Source: a bacterium (GTDB lineage: Bacteria; Sysuimicrobiota; Sysuimicrobiia; Sysuimicrobiales; Kaftiobacteriaceae). From it: DNA of 27,961 bases. Under the pieces are notes generated by a model that was not told the DNA's origin, did not search any database, and saw nothing but the letters and a program-made list of their open reading frames with translations. This document shows positions 10,114 through 18,353 of the stretch, in pieces. Where the stretch lies: contig JBIOWP010000095.1 of the NCBI GenBank assembly GCA_044868695.1, positions 1 through 27,961 of the forward strand. Reading direction: 5' to 3'. The position numbers and the translations under genes were made by a program. How positions within the stretch are numbered: position 1 is the stretch's first letter; each line of letters starts with the position of its first letter.

Positions 10114-11022
10114 GTGGCTCGTTCCGCGGCCGTCCGGCGGCCGCCGCGGCTGCCGGTCGTGGATCTGCAGTTCGTCATCATTACCGGGCTGTCCGGCGCC
10201 GGGAAGTCGAACGCCATGAAGGTGTTCGAGGATCTCGGCTTTTTCTGCGTCGACAACCTCCCCCCCGCGCTCCTGCCCAAGTTCGCCGAACTGTGCCTGC
10301 AGTCTGAGGGCCGCGTCCGCCGCGCCGCGCTGGCCATCGACGTGCGCGGTGGTGAGTTCTTCAACGATCTCTTCTCCTCGCTGGCGTATCTGGAGAGCAT
10401 GGGGTTGGATTACGAGATTCTCTTCCTCGATGCCGCCGACGACGTGCTGGTGCGCCGCTTTGAGGAAACCCGGCGCAAGCACCCGTTGGCGCAGTCCGGC
10501 GGCGTGCTGGAGGGGATCCAGGCGGAGCGGCTGCGGCTGCAGACGGTGAAGGAAAAAGCCGACATGATCGTCGACACGTCGACGCTGAGCGTGCGCGAGC
10601 TGCGCAACACGATCGTGAACAGCTTCGTGCGGGCCGCCGAGCTGGTCACGCTGTCCATCACCATTCTCTCGTTCGGATACAAGTACGGCATCCCGCTGGA
10701 CGCCGACCTGGTCTTTGACGTGCGGTTCCTCCCCAACCCGCACTATGATGAGACGCTGCGGGCGCTGCCCGGCGACAGCCCGCAGATTCGCTCGTTCGTG
10801 CTCGGCGCGCCGGCGACCCAGGAGTTCATGCGCCACCTCACCCAGATGATCGATTACCTGCTGCCCCAGTACGTCGAAGAGGGCAAGGCCCATCTCACGC
10901 TGGCCCTGGGCTGCACCGGCGGCAAGCACCGGTCGGTCGTGCTGGCGGACGAACTGGCGGCCTACCTCTCGCGCGGCGGCTACCGTGTCACGGTCCGCCA
11001 CCGCGACATCGGGAAAGAGTAG
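10114..11022 (+). CDS. rapZ: RNase adapter / P-loop nucleotide-binding protein RapZ (YvcJ)
   Basis: ITGLSGAGKS Walker A; FFCVDNLP, IDVRG, ETRRKHPL, SFGYKYG, DVRFLPNP, GCTGGKHRSV; AAGGGGGAG SD before the GTG. Confidence 0.95.
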   Translation: MARSAAVRRPPRLPVVDLQFVIITGLSGAGKSNAMKVFEDLGFFCVDNLPPALLPKFAELCLQSEGRVRRAALAIDVRGGEFFNDLFSSLAYLESMGLDYEILFLDAADDVLVRRFEETRRKHPLAQSGGVLEGIQAERLRLQTVKEKADMIVDTSTLSVRELRNTIVNSFVRAAELVTLSITILSFGYKYGIPLDADLVFDVRFLPNPHYDETLRALPGDSPQIRSFVLGAPATQEFMRHLTQMIDYLLPQYVEEGKAHLTLALGCTGGKHRSVVLADELAAYLSRGGYRVTVRHRDIGKE

Positions 11023-11027
11023 CGCCG

Positions 11028-12431
11028 GTGTCCACCCCCCTCCGCCGCCGCGGCCCGTCCCGGGTGCTCCGCGCCTGGGGCGCGTGGCTGGTCCCCGGAC
11101 TCGGGGTGAAGCGCTGGGTCCTGGTTATCGCCGCCGGCATCCTTCTGCTGTCCGCCGGCGTGATGCTGATCGTCAACGTCCGCCCGCTCGGCTGGCTTGA
11201 GTTGTCGGCGTTCCGCGTCTCGATCGCGATTCTCCTGGCGACCGGAGGCGCGCTGTCTCCGACGTGGCTGGGCGCGCTGCTGGTGGTCGCCGGGATCGCG
11301 GCGGTCTTCACCGGCCTGCGCGGCACGGTGCGCGCCGTCACCGACGCGCTGCTCCCACCCGGACGGCAGCAGCTGGTGGACGTGCTGGCTCAGCAGCGGC
11401 ACCGCCGGCGCGGCCCGCACATCGTGGTGATCGGCGGCGGCACCGGACTGTCCACGCTCCTGCGTGGGCTGAAGCACTACTCCGACAACCTGACTGCGGT
11501 CGTGACGGTGTTCGACGACGGCGGCAGCTCCGGCCGGCTGCGGCGGGAACTGGGCATCCTCCCGCCCGGCGACATCCGCGACTGCCTCGTCGCGCTCGCG
11601 GAGTCTGAGCCGCTGATGACGCGGCTCTTTGAGTACCGCTTTCAGGGTGGAGCGCTGGAGGGGCATGCCTTCGGCAACTTGTTCATCGCCAGCCTGGCGG
11701 GCGTCACCGGAGACCTGGAGAGCGCGGTCAAAGAGACCAGCAAGGTCCTCAACATCCGGGGCCGCGTGCTCCCGTCAGCGTCCGCGGACGTGGTCCTGTG
11801 GGCCGAGTTTGCCGACGGGACCACGGTGGAAGGCGAGTCGCAGATTACGCGCGCCCGCAAACGCATCCACCGCATCGGCCTCAAGCCCGCGGACGTGGCG
11901 CCGCTGCCGGAGGTGCTGCAGGCGATCGGCGAGGCGGATCTGATTGTGCTCGGTCCGGGCAGCCTCTTCACGAGCGTGATTCCCAACCTGCTGGTGGGCG
12001 GCGTCGCCGACGCCGTGCGGGGCAGCCGGGCGCTGCGCCTGTACGTCTGCAACGTCATGACCCAGCCCGGCGAGACCGATGGGTTCACGGCCAGCGACCA
12101 TGTCCGCACGCTGCACGACCTCATCGGACCGGGGCTATTCTCACACGTGCTGGTGAACGCGCAGCGGCCGCGCAACCGCGTGCTGCTCGCCCGCTACGAG
12201 GCCGACGGCGCCAGGCCGGTCGAGCCGGATCTGGAGCGGCTCGATGCCCTGGGCGTCACGCCGATCAGCGACGCGCTGATCAGCGAGGAGACCCTCGTCC
12301 GCCACAATCCCCGCCGCCTTGCCCGCGCTGTATTCCGCGCGATCGAAGGAGCGCCCGCCGAAACGCGCATTGCCTCCTCTAACGGCGGGACCAGGGACCT
12401 GGGACCAGGGACCCGGCGCGCGCAAGTCTAG
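11028..12431 (+). CDS. yvcK: YvcK/GlmR (CofD-like, UDP-GlcNAc-binding) protein with N-terminal transmembrane segments
   Basis: IGGGTGLSTLLRGLK, DDGGSSGRLR, PPGDIRDCLVAL, GHAFGNL, LGPGSLFTSVIPNL, NVMTQPGET; directly downstream of rapZ. Confidence 0.92.
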   Translation: MSTPLRRRGPSRVLRAWGAWLVPGLGVKRWVLVIAAGILLLSAGVMLIVNVRPLGWLELSAFRVSIAILLATGGALSPTWLGALLVVAGIAAVFTGLRGTVRAVTDALLPPGRQQLVDVLAQQRHRRRGPHIVVIGGGTGLSTLLRGLKHYSDNLTAVVTVFDDGGSSGRLRRELGILPPGDIRDCLVALAESEPLMTRLFEYRFQGGALEGHAFGNLFIASLAGVTGDLESAVKETSKVLNIRGRVLPSASADVVLWAEFADGTTVEGESQITRARKRIHRIGLKPADVAPLPEVLQAIGEADLIVLGPGSLFTSVIPNLLVGGVADAVRGSRALRLYVCNVMTQPGETDGFTASDHVRTLHDLIGPGLFSHVLVNAQRPRNRVLLARYEADGARPVEPDLERLDALGVTPISDALISEETLVRHNPRRLARAVFRAIEGAPAETRIASSNGGTRDLGPGTRRAQV

Positions 12432-12467
12432 GTTTTCCTCGGTCCCCGGTCCCCGGTCCCGGGTCCC
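12387..12467. repeat. Heptamer tandem repeats in inverted arrangement: 4x GGGACCN, 27-nt loop, 4x NGGTCCC
   Basis: GGGACCA GGGACCT GGGACCA GGGACC (12387-12413) pairs with GGTCCCC GGTCCCC GGTCCCG GGTCCC (12441-12467). The yvcK stop lies in the loop. Confidence 0.9.
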
Positions 12468-12545
12468 ATCTGAAGGGGTCGGCTGCGGGCGCACGAATTT
12501 CTACTGCCGGTGCCCGGTCGGAATCCCGCCCGGTCCCGCCGTCCA

Positions 12546-12911
12546 ATGCCAAAGGTGCTGCTCGACTGGTTCTACGTCGCTGTCTTTGCGGCTGTCGGCA
12601 CCGCGATGGCCGTGCTGCCGCTTGTGGTCGTCTGGCTGCTGGCGCCGCGCGCCGATCTCCCCCAGAAAACCATCACCTACGAGTCCGGCGTCATTCCCTT
12701 CGGCCAGGCCTGGGCGCAGTTCAACGTGCGGTATTACCTGTTCGCGCTGATCTTCGTGGTGTTTGACGTCGAGGTAATCTACCTCTACCCGTGGGCGGTC
12801 GTATTCCGCCAGCTCGGCGCGTTTGCGTTCCTGGAGATGGTGCTCTTCCTGATGATCCTCGGTGTGGGACTCGTATACGCCTGGCGCAAAGGGGCCCTGG
12901 AGTGGGTCTAA
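12546..12911 (+). CDS. nuoA: NADH-quinone oxidoreductase subunit A
   Basis: TYESG..P.GQAWAQFNVRYYLFALIFVVFDVE..YLYPWA...YAWRKGALEW. Start is ATG 12546 or GTG 12555. Confidence 0.95.
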   Translation: MPKVLLDWFYVAVFAAVGTAMAVLPLVVVWLLAPRADLPQKTITYESGVIPFGQAWAQFNVRYYLFALIFVVFDVEVIYLYPWAVVFRQLGAFAFLEMVLFLMILGVGLVYAWRKGALEWV

Positions 12912-12915
12912 TCGC

Positions 12916-14097
12916 ATGGCGTGGGTGATCGAACTCTTCAAAGCCATCGGGCTGACGGTTGTGATCTTCACATTTCTGGCCGTCGTCACCGCGATGTTCG
13001 GGGTGTATCTGGAACGCAAGATCAGCGGGTGGATCCAGGCGCGGCTCGGCCCCAAGCACGTCGGGCCGCAGGGCCTCCTGCAGACGATCGCAGACACCGT
13101 CAAGCTGCTGCAAAAAGAACACATCACTCCGCGCGCCGCCGATGCCGTTGTCTTCAATGTCGCCCCGGTCATGGTTGCCGTGGCCGCGTTGCTCGACTGG
13201 ATCGTCATTCCGTTCGGGACGATCGGCGGCCGGGTGCTGATCGTGCGGGACATCAATATCGGAGTCCTGTACTTCGCCGCGATGGCCTCGATCACCGTCG
13301 TTGGGATTCTGGCGGCCGGGTGGTCCAGCAACAACAAGTACGCGCTGCTCGGCGGGCTGCGTTCGGCGTCACAGATGATCAGCTACGAGATTCCCCTGGC
13401 CCTGGGCATCCTGTGGGTGGCGATGGTGGCCGGTACGCTCTCGACCGTGGGCATCGTCGAAGCCCAGGTAAAGCAGGGCGGCTGGTTCATCTTCCGCCTG
13501 CCCCCGCCGGTCGGCTGGCTGGGCGCGCCGTTTGGTCTCCTCGCCGCGGTGACGTTTCTGACGGCCGCGACGGCGGAGGTCAACCGCGTCCCGTTCGACC
13601 TGCCCGAGGCGGAATCGGAACTGGTCGCCGGATACTTCGCCGAATACACCGGCATGCGCTTTGCGCTGTTCCAGCTGGGGGAGTACGGCGAGATGTTCGG
13701 CATGGCGGCGCTGGCGACGATCATGTTCTTCGGCGGGTGGACGGCGCCAAACCTGGAGCCGTGGATGTGGGCGCTGGTCGCGCTCGGGTCGCTCGTGGTG
13801 GCCGGAGTGCTGCTCCTCTCCGGCGCCCGGGCGAACCTCGTCGTGCGGCCCATTCTCATCCTCGCCGTGCTGGGTGTCGCGTTGAGCGTGGCGATGGCGC
13901 TGGGGTTCCATCTCCCCTCGCTGGTGTGGTTTCTGGCGAAACTCTTCGTGCTCGTGTTCTTCTTGATGTGGATGCGGTGGACGTACCCGCGGCTGCGGCT
14001 GGACCAGCTCCTCAACCTCTCGTGGAAAGTACTGCTGCCGCTGGGGCTGATCAACCTGCTGGCCACGGGGTTCATTCTGACGACGTGGAGACGGTAG
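12916..14097 (+). CDS. nuoH: NADH-quinone oxidoreductase subunit H
   Basis: YLERK...QARLGP, GLLQTIADTVKLLQKE, SNNKYALLGGLR, SYEIP, NRVPFDLPEAESELVAGY, PRLRLDQL. ATG at 12916, 4 nt after the nuoA stop. Confidence 0.96.
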   Translation: MAWVIELFKAIGLTVVIFTFLAVVTAMFGVYLERKISGWIQARLGPKHVGPQGLLQTIADTVKLLQKEHITPRAADAVVFNVAPVMVAVAALLDWIVIPFGTIGGRVLIVRDINIGVLYFAAMASITVVGILAAGWSSNNKYALLGGLRSASQMISYEIPLALGILWVAMVAGTLSTVGIVEAQVKQGGWFIFRLPPPVGWLGAPFGLLAAVTFLTAATAEVNRVPFDLPEAESELVAGYFAEYTGMRFALFQLGEYGEMFGMAALATIMFFGGWTAPNLEPWMWALVALGSLVVAGVLLLSGARANLVVRPILILAVLGVALSVAMALGFHLPSLVWFLAKLFVLVFFLMWMRWTYPRLRLDQLLNLSWKVLLPLGLINLLATGFILTTWRR

Positions 14098-14100
14098 GGC

Positions 14101-14592
14101 ATGGGTGAGCTTGCGGCGTTTATCATCCTGTCGCTGGTGACCCTCATTCCGGCTGCCGTCGTCGTCACCTCCGGGAACATCGTCCGCGCCGGCCTGTCGC
14201 TGGTCCCGACCTTCCTCGGGGTCACCGGGTTGTACATCCTGCTCCACGCGGAGTTCGTGGCCGGCATCCAGGTGCTCATCTATGCCGGCGCGATCACCGT
14301 CCTGCTGCTGTTTGTGATTATGCTCACCGAGGGCGGCTCGGGGGTCCGGGTCCGCCAGGTCAACGAGCAGGTGCCCCTCGGCGCCATGGCGGCGGTGTGG
14401 CTGGCCTTCGTCATCATCGTGGTCCTGTCGCGGACGCCGTGGCCGGTCAGCGCCGGCACCGTGCCCGCGTACAGCGTCGTTGCCGTGGGCAATGCGTTCC
14501 TGACCGACTACGTGCTGATCTTTGAGGCGACGAGCCTGGTCCTGCTGGTGTCCCTGGTCGGCGCGATCGTGATTGCGCGGAGAGAAGAATGA
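14101..14592 (+). CDS. nuoJ: NADH-quinone oxidoreductase subunit J
   Basis: LYILLHAEFVAGIQVLIYAGAITVLLLFVIML; FEATSLVLLVSLVGAIVIAR. Confidence 0.94.
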   Translation: MGELAAFIILSLVTLIPAAVVVTSGNIVRAGLSLVPTFLGVTGLYILLHAEFVAGIQVLIYAGAITVLLLFVIMLTEGGSGVRVRQVNEQVPLGAMAAVWLAFVIIVVLSRTPWPVSAGTVPAYSVVAVGNAFLTDYVLIFEATSLVLLVSLVGAIVIARREE

Positions 14593-14900
14593 GTGTGGGG
14601 CTGAACCACTATCTGGTCGTGAGCGCCCTGCTGTTTGGGTTGGGGTTGTACGGCGTGCTGACGCGCCGGAACGCCGTGGCCATCCTCATGGGGATCGAGT
14701 TGATGCTCAACGCGGCCAATATCAACCTGGTGGCGTTCAACCGCTACGTGGCCCCCGGCGCGGTGGCCGGCCAGATCTTCGCCCTGGTCATCATCACCCT
14801 GGCGGCCTGCGAGGCGGCGGTGGGGCTGGCACTGGTGCTGGCCGCCTACCGGAGCCTTGAGACGATCCACGTCGACGAGATCAACGTGATGAAGTGGTAA
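14589..14900 (+). CDS. nuoK: NADH-quinone oxidoreductase subunit K
   Basis: RRNAVAILMGIELMLNAANINL and AACEAAVGLA (both conserved Glu); ATGA overlap with nuoJ. Confidence 0.95.
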   Translation: MSVGLNHYLVVSALLFGLGLYGVLTRRNAVAILMGIELMLNAANINLVAFNRYVAPGAVAGQIFALVIITLAACEAAVGLALVLAAYRSLETIHVDEINVMKW

Positions 14901-14910
14901 CGGGAACGCA

Positions 14911-16839
14911 ATGCTCCAAGTAGCCTGGCTGATCCCGCTGCTGCCGTTTGTCGACTTCTGGCTGATTACTTTCTGGGGCGGGCGGCTGCCCGGCCAGGGC
15001 GCCTACGTGGCCATTGGCGCGCTCGGGCTCTCCGCGCTCATCTCGCTGGTGATCCTGGGGCAGACGATCGCCGGCGCCACGTACGATGCCAGCCTCGTCT
15101 GGGCGATGCTGGGGGACCGGCCGCTCGAGATCGGGTATGCGGTGGACGGGCTCACCGCCGTGATGCTGTTTGTGGTGACCGTGGTGGGCTCGCTGATCTT
15201 CATCTACTCGACCGGCTACATGCACGGGGATCCCCGCTACCCGCGGTTCTTCGCCTACCTGTCGCTGTTCGCCGCGTCAATGTTGATCCTCGTCCTGGCG
15301 AACAATTTCCTCCTGCTGTATGCCGGGTGGGAACTGGTGGGCTTGTGCTCGTACCTGCTGATCGGATTTTGGTTCGAGCGGCCGGCCGCCGCGCGGGCCT
15401 CGATGAAGGCGTTTGTGACCACCCGGGTCGGCGACTTCTTCATGTTCCTAGGGATCCTGCTCGTCTTCTTCACGGCGGGGTCGCTGCGCTTCGACGCCGC
15501 TTTTGACGCGGTCGAGGCCGGACACCTGGCCGGCCCGCTGCTGACCCTGATCGCGGTGCTGATCTTCGGCGGGGCGGTGGGCAAATCCGCGCAGGTGCCG
15601 CTGCACGTGTGGCTCCCGGATGCGATGGAGGGTCCGACGCCGGTGTCGGCGCTTATTCACGCCGCCACGATGGTCGCCGCCGGCGTGTACCTGGTGGCCC
15701 GCACGTACCCTCTGTTCTTCGGCAGTCCCGACCACGCCGCGCTGACCGTGGTGGCGTACATCGGCGGCATCACCGCCCTCATGGCCGCCACCATCGGGAT
15801 CGTGCAGGACGATATCAAGCGCGTGCTGGCCTACTCGACGATCAGCCAGCTCGGGTACATGATGCTGGGCCTGGGCGTCCTCGGTTATACCGCCGGCGTC
15901 TTTCATCTCATGACGCACGCGTTCTTCAAGGCCCTGCTGTTCCTCGGCGCCGGCTCGGTCATTCACGCGATGCAGACCAATGACCTCAAGCAGATGGGCG
16001 GTCTGGCGAAGGTGATGCCGGCCACTTACGCGACGATGCTCGTGGGCGCCCTTGCGCTGGCCGGCGTGCCGCCCTTTGCCGGCTTTTGGAGCAAGGACGA
16101 GATTCTGCTTGAGACCTACCACCACAACCCCGGGTTGTTCTACCTGGGAGCGGCCGGCGCATTTGTGACGGCCTTCTACGTGTTCCGGATGATCTTCTAC
16201 GCGTTTACCGGGACGCTGCGCAGCCACGGCGCGCATCCGCACGAGTCGCCGAAGGTGATGACCGTGCCGCTGATCGTGCTGGCGGTGTTCTCCGGCCTCA
16301 TCGGGCTACTGGGTGCGCCGTGGCCCAGGGTCGGGAGCCTGTTCCATCACTTCGTCCACTTCGAGACGGCGGAAACGGTGCCGTTCGACCTGACGTTTGC
16401 GCTGATGTCCACGGGCATCGCGGGCGCAGGCATCCTCGCCGCGGCGGTCGTCTACCACTGGCAGTGGGTCTCCTCCGCGGCCCTGCGCCGCTGGCTTGCG
16501 CCGCTGTACGCGGTGTTGGCGCACAAGTATTGGTGGGACGAGATGTACGCCTTCGCCGTCGTGCGGCCGACCGTGTGGACGGCACAGCGGCTTCGGACCT
16601 TCGATGTGTACGTGATCGACGGTGCGGTGAACGCCGTGGGGATCATCTTCGTCTGGCTGTCGCGGCTGTACCGCGTGTTCGACCTGTACGTGGTGGATGG
16701 CGCCGTGAACCTGGTGGGCTGGATGGCGACCGCCGCCGGCGGCGTGCTGCGCCACGTCCAGACCGGCCGGGCCCAGAACTACTTGCTGGTCATCGCGCTC
16801 GGCGTGATCGCGCTGGCGGTGATCGGCATTACGCGCTAG
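14911..16839 (+). CDS. nuoL: NADH-quinone oxidoreductase subunit L with an extended amphipathic helix
   Basis: YSTGYMHGD, WELVGLCSYLLIGFW, GKSAQVPLHVWLPDAMEGPTPVSALIHAATMV, HAFFKALLF, FWSKDEI, QTG..QNY. Confidence 0.96.
   Translation: MLQVAWLIPLLPFVDFWLITFWGGRLPGQGAYVAIGALGLSALISLVILGQTIAGATYDASLVWAMLGDRPLEIGYAVDGLTAVMLFVVTVVGSLIFIYSTGYMHGDPRYPRFFAYLSLFAASMLILVLANNFLLLYAGWELVGLCSYLLIGFWFERPAAARASMKAFVTTRVGDFFMFLGILLVFFTAGSLRFDAAFDAVEAGHLAGPLLTLIAVLIFGGAVGKSAQVPLHVWLPDAMEGPTPVSALIHAATMVAAGVYLVARTYPLFFGSPDHAALTVVAYIGGITALMAATIGIVQDDIKRVLAYSTISQLGYMMLGLGVLGYTAGVFHLMTHAFFKALLFLGAGSVIHAMQTNDLKQMGGLAKVMPATYATMLVGALALAGVPPFAGFWSKDEILLETYHHNPGLFYLGAAGAFVTAFYVFRMIFYAFTGTLRSHGAHPHESPKVMTVPLIVLAVFSGLIGLLGAPWPRVGSLFHHFVHFETAETVPFDLTFALMSTGIAGAGILAAAVVYHWQWVSSAALRRWLAPLYAVLAHKYWWDEMYAFAVVRPTVWTAQRLRTFDVYVIDGAVNAVGIIFVWLSRLYRVFDLYVVDGAVNLVGWMATAAGGVLRHVQTGRAQNYLLVIALGVIALAVIGITR
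16600..16755 (+). repeat. 78-nt (26-codon) diverged tandem duplication inside nuoL
   Basis: ttcgatgtgtacgtgatcgacggtgcggtgaacgccgtggg (from 16600) vs ttcgacctgtacgtggtggatggcgccgtgaacctggtggg (from 16678), i.e. FDVYVIDGAVNAVG / FDLYVVDGAVNLVG. Confidence 0.9.
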
Positions 16840-16852
16840 TCGGAGGGACGCG

Positions 16853-18346
16853 ATGCTGAGTTTGATCATCTTCCTGCCCCTGATCGGCGGAATCATCATT
16901 CTCTTCACGTCCAAGACCAACGAGCCGCTGATGAAAGGGGTGGCGCTGGGCGCGTCTCTGGCCTCCTTCGTCCTGTCGCTGTTCATGACGGCTCTGTACA
17001 AGATCGGCGGCGGCATGCAGTTCGTCGAGCTCTACAGCTGGATTCCCGGGTTGGGGATCAACTATCAGCTCGGCACGGACGGCTTGAGCCTGCCGCTGAT
17101 CGTCCTGACGACGCTGCTGAGCCTGCTGTCGGTCGTCTACTCCTGGCGCATCGAGATGCGCCTGAAGGAATACCTCTTCTTGTTCCTCCTGCTGGAGACC
17201 GGCATGCTGGGCGTCTTCGCGGCCCTGGACTTCTTTTTGTTCTACATCTTCTGGGAGATCACGCTGGTCCCGATGTACTTCCTCATCGCTATCTGGGGCG
17301 GACCGCGCCGGGAGTACGCCGCCATCAAGTTCTTCCTCTACACGCTGGTGGGATCGCTGGCGATGCTGCTGGCCATCCTGCTGCTGTACTTTAACGCCGA
17401 GCCGCACACGTTCAATATGCTGGAGCTGATCCGCCAGCAGCCGCTGGCCGGGCAGACCCTCCTGGCCGCGCTCGCCTTCTGGGGCTTCTTCCTCAGCTTC
17501 GCCATCAAGGTGCCGATGTGGCCGTTTCACACCTGGCTGCCCGACGCGCACGTCGAGGCGCCCACGGCCGGCAGCGTGATCCTGGCCGGTATCCTGCTGA
17601 AGATGGGCACCTATGGGTTCGTGAGGGTCAGCCTGCCGATGCTGCCGGAAACGTTCCGGGCGTTCGCGCCGGCGGTGGCGGTGCTCGCGCTCCTGGGGAT
17701 CGTCTACGGCGCGCTGGTAGCGATGGCGCAGACCGACCTCAAGAAGCTGGTCGCCTACAGCTCTGTCAACCACATGGGGTACGTGATGCTGGGCACCGCG
17801 GCCGCGGCGGCGGCGGTCGGCAGCCCGGAGAAGGCGGCGGCCGCGGCGATCGCCCTCAACGGCGCGGTGTTCGAGATGATTGCGCACGGCATCATCACGG
17901 GGGCGTTGTTCTTGATTGTCGGCGTCCTGTATGACTACCGGGCGCACACCCGTGGGGTAAACGAGTTCGGCGGCCTGGGGGTGCGGCTGCCGATGTACAC
18001 CGGGATCACGACAATCGCGATGCTGGCCTCGCTGGGGCTGCCGGGGTTGATGGGCTTCGTCGCGGAGTTCTTCGTCTTCGTCGGTTCGTTCGGCGTCTTT
18101 CCGTACCTGACGGCCGTGGCGGTGACCGGCGTCATCTTCACCGCCGCCATGTTCCTGTGGACGATCCAGCGGGTTTTCCTTGGCCCCATCAATGAGCGGT
18201 GGGCCGGGCTGCCGGATATGGACACGCGGGAGAAGATTTCGCTCATGCCGCTGGCCGTGCTGATGGTGCTCTTCGGCCTGTACCCCAAACCGCTGCTGGA
18301 CGTGATCAACGCGGCCATGATTGGCCTCGTGACCGCGCTGCGATAG
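16853..18346 (+). CDS. nuoM: NADH-quinone oxidoreductase subunit M
   Basis: DGLSLPL, FWEITLVPMYFLI..WG, AIKVPMWPFHTWLPDAHVEAP, LLKMGTYG, AYSSVNHMG, GFVAEF; GGAGG SD. Confidence 0.96.
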   Translation: MLSLIIFLPLIGGIIILFTSKTNEPLMKGVALGASLASFVLSLFMTALYKIGGGMQFVELYSWIPGLGINYQLGTDGLSLPLIVLTTLLSLLSVVYSWRIEMRLKEYLFLFLLLETGMLGVFAALDFFLFYIFWEITLVPMYFLIAIWGGPRREYAAIKFFLYTLVGSLAMLLAILLLYFNAEPHTFNMLELIRQQPLAGQTLLAALAFWGFFLSFAIKVPMWPFHTWLPDAHVEAPTAGSVILAGILLKMGTYGFVRVSLPMLPETFRAFAPAVAVLALLGIVYGALVAMAQTDLKKLVAYSSVNHMGYVMLGTAAAAAAVGSPEKAAAAAIALNGAVFEMIAHGIITGALFLIVGVLYDYRAHTRGVNEFGGLGVRLPMYTGITTIAMLASLGLPGLMGFVAEFFVFVGSFGVFPYLTAVAVTGVIFTAAMFLWTIQRVFLGPINERWAGLPDMDTREKISLMPLAVLMVLFGLYPKPLLDVINAAMIGLVTALR

Positions 18347-18353
18347 GAGACGA

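Noticed and set aside
12472..12500. GAAGGGGTC-N11-CACGAATTT, resembling a SigH-like promoter for nuoA
   Set aside because: Weak match that could arise by chance; nothing else in the window supports it.
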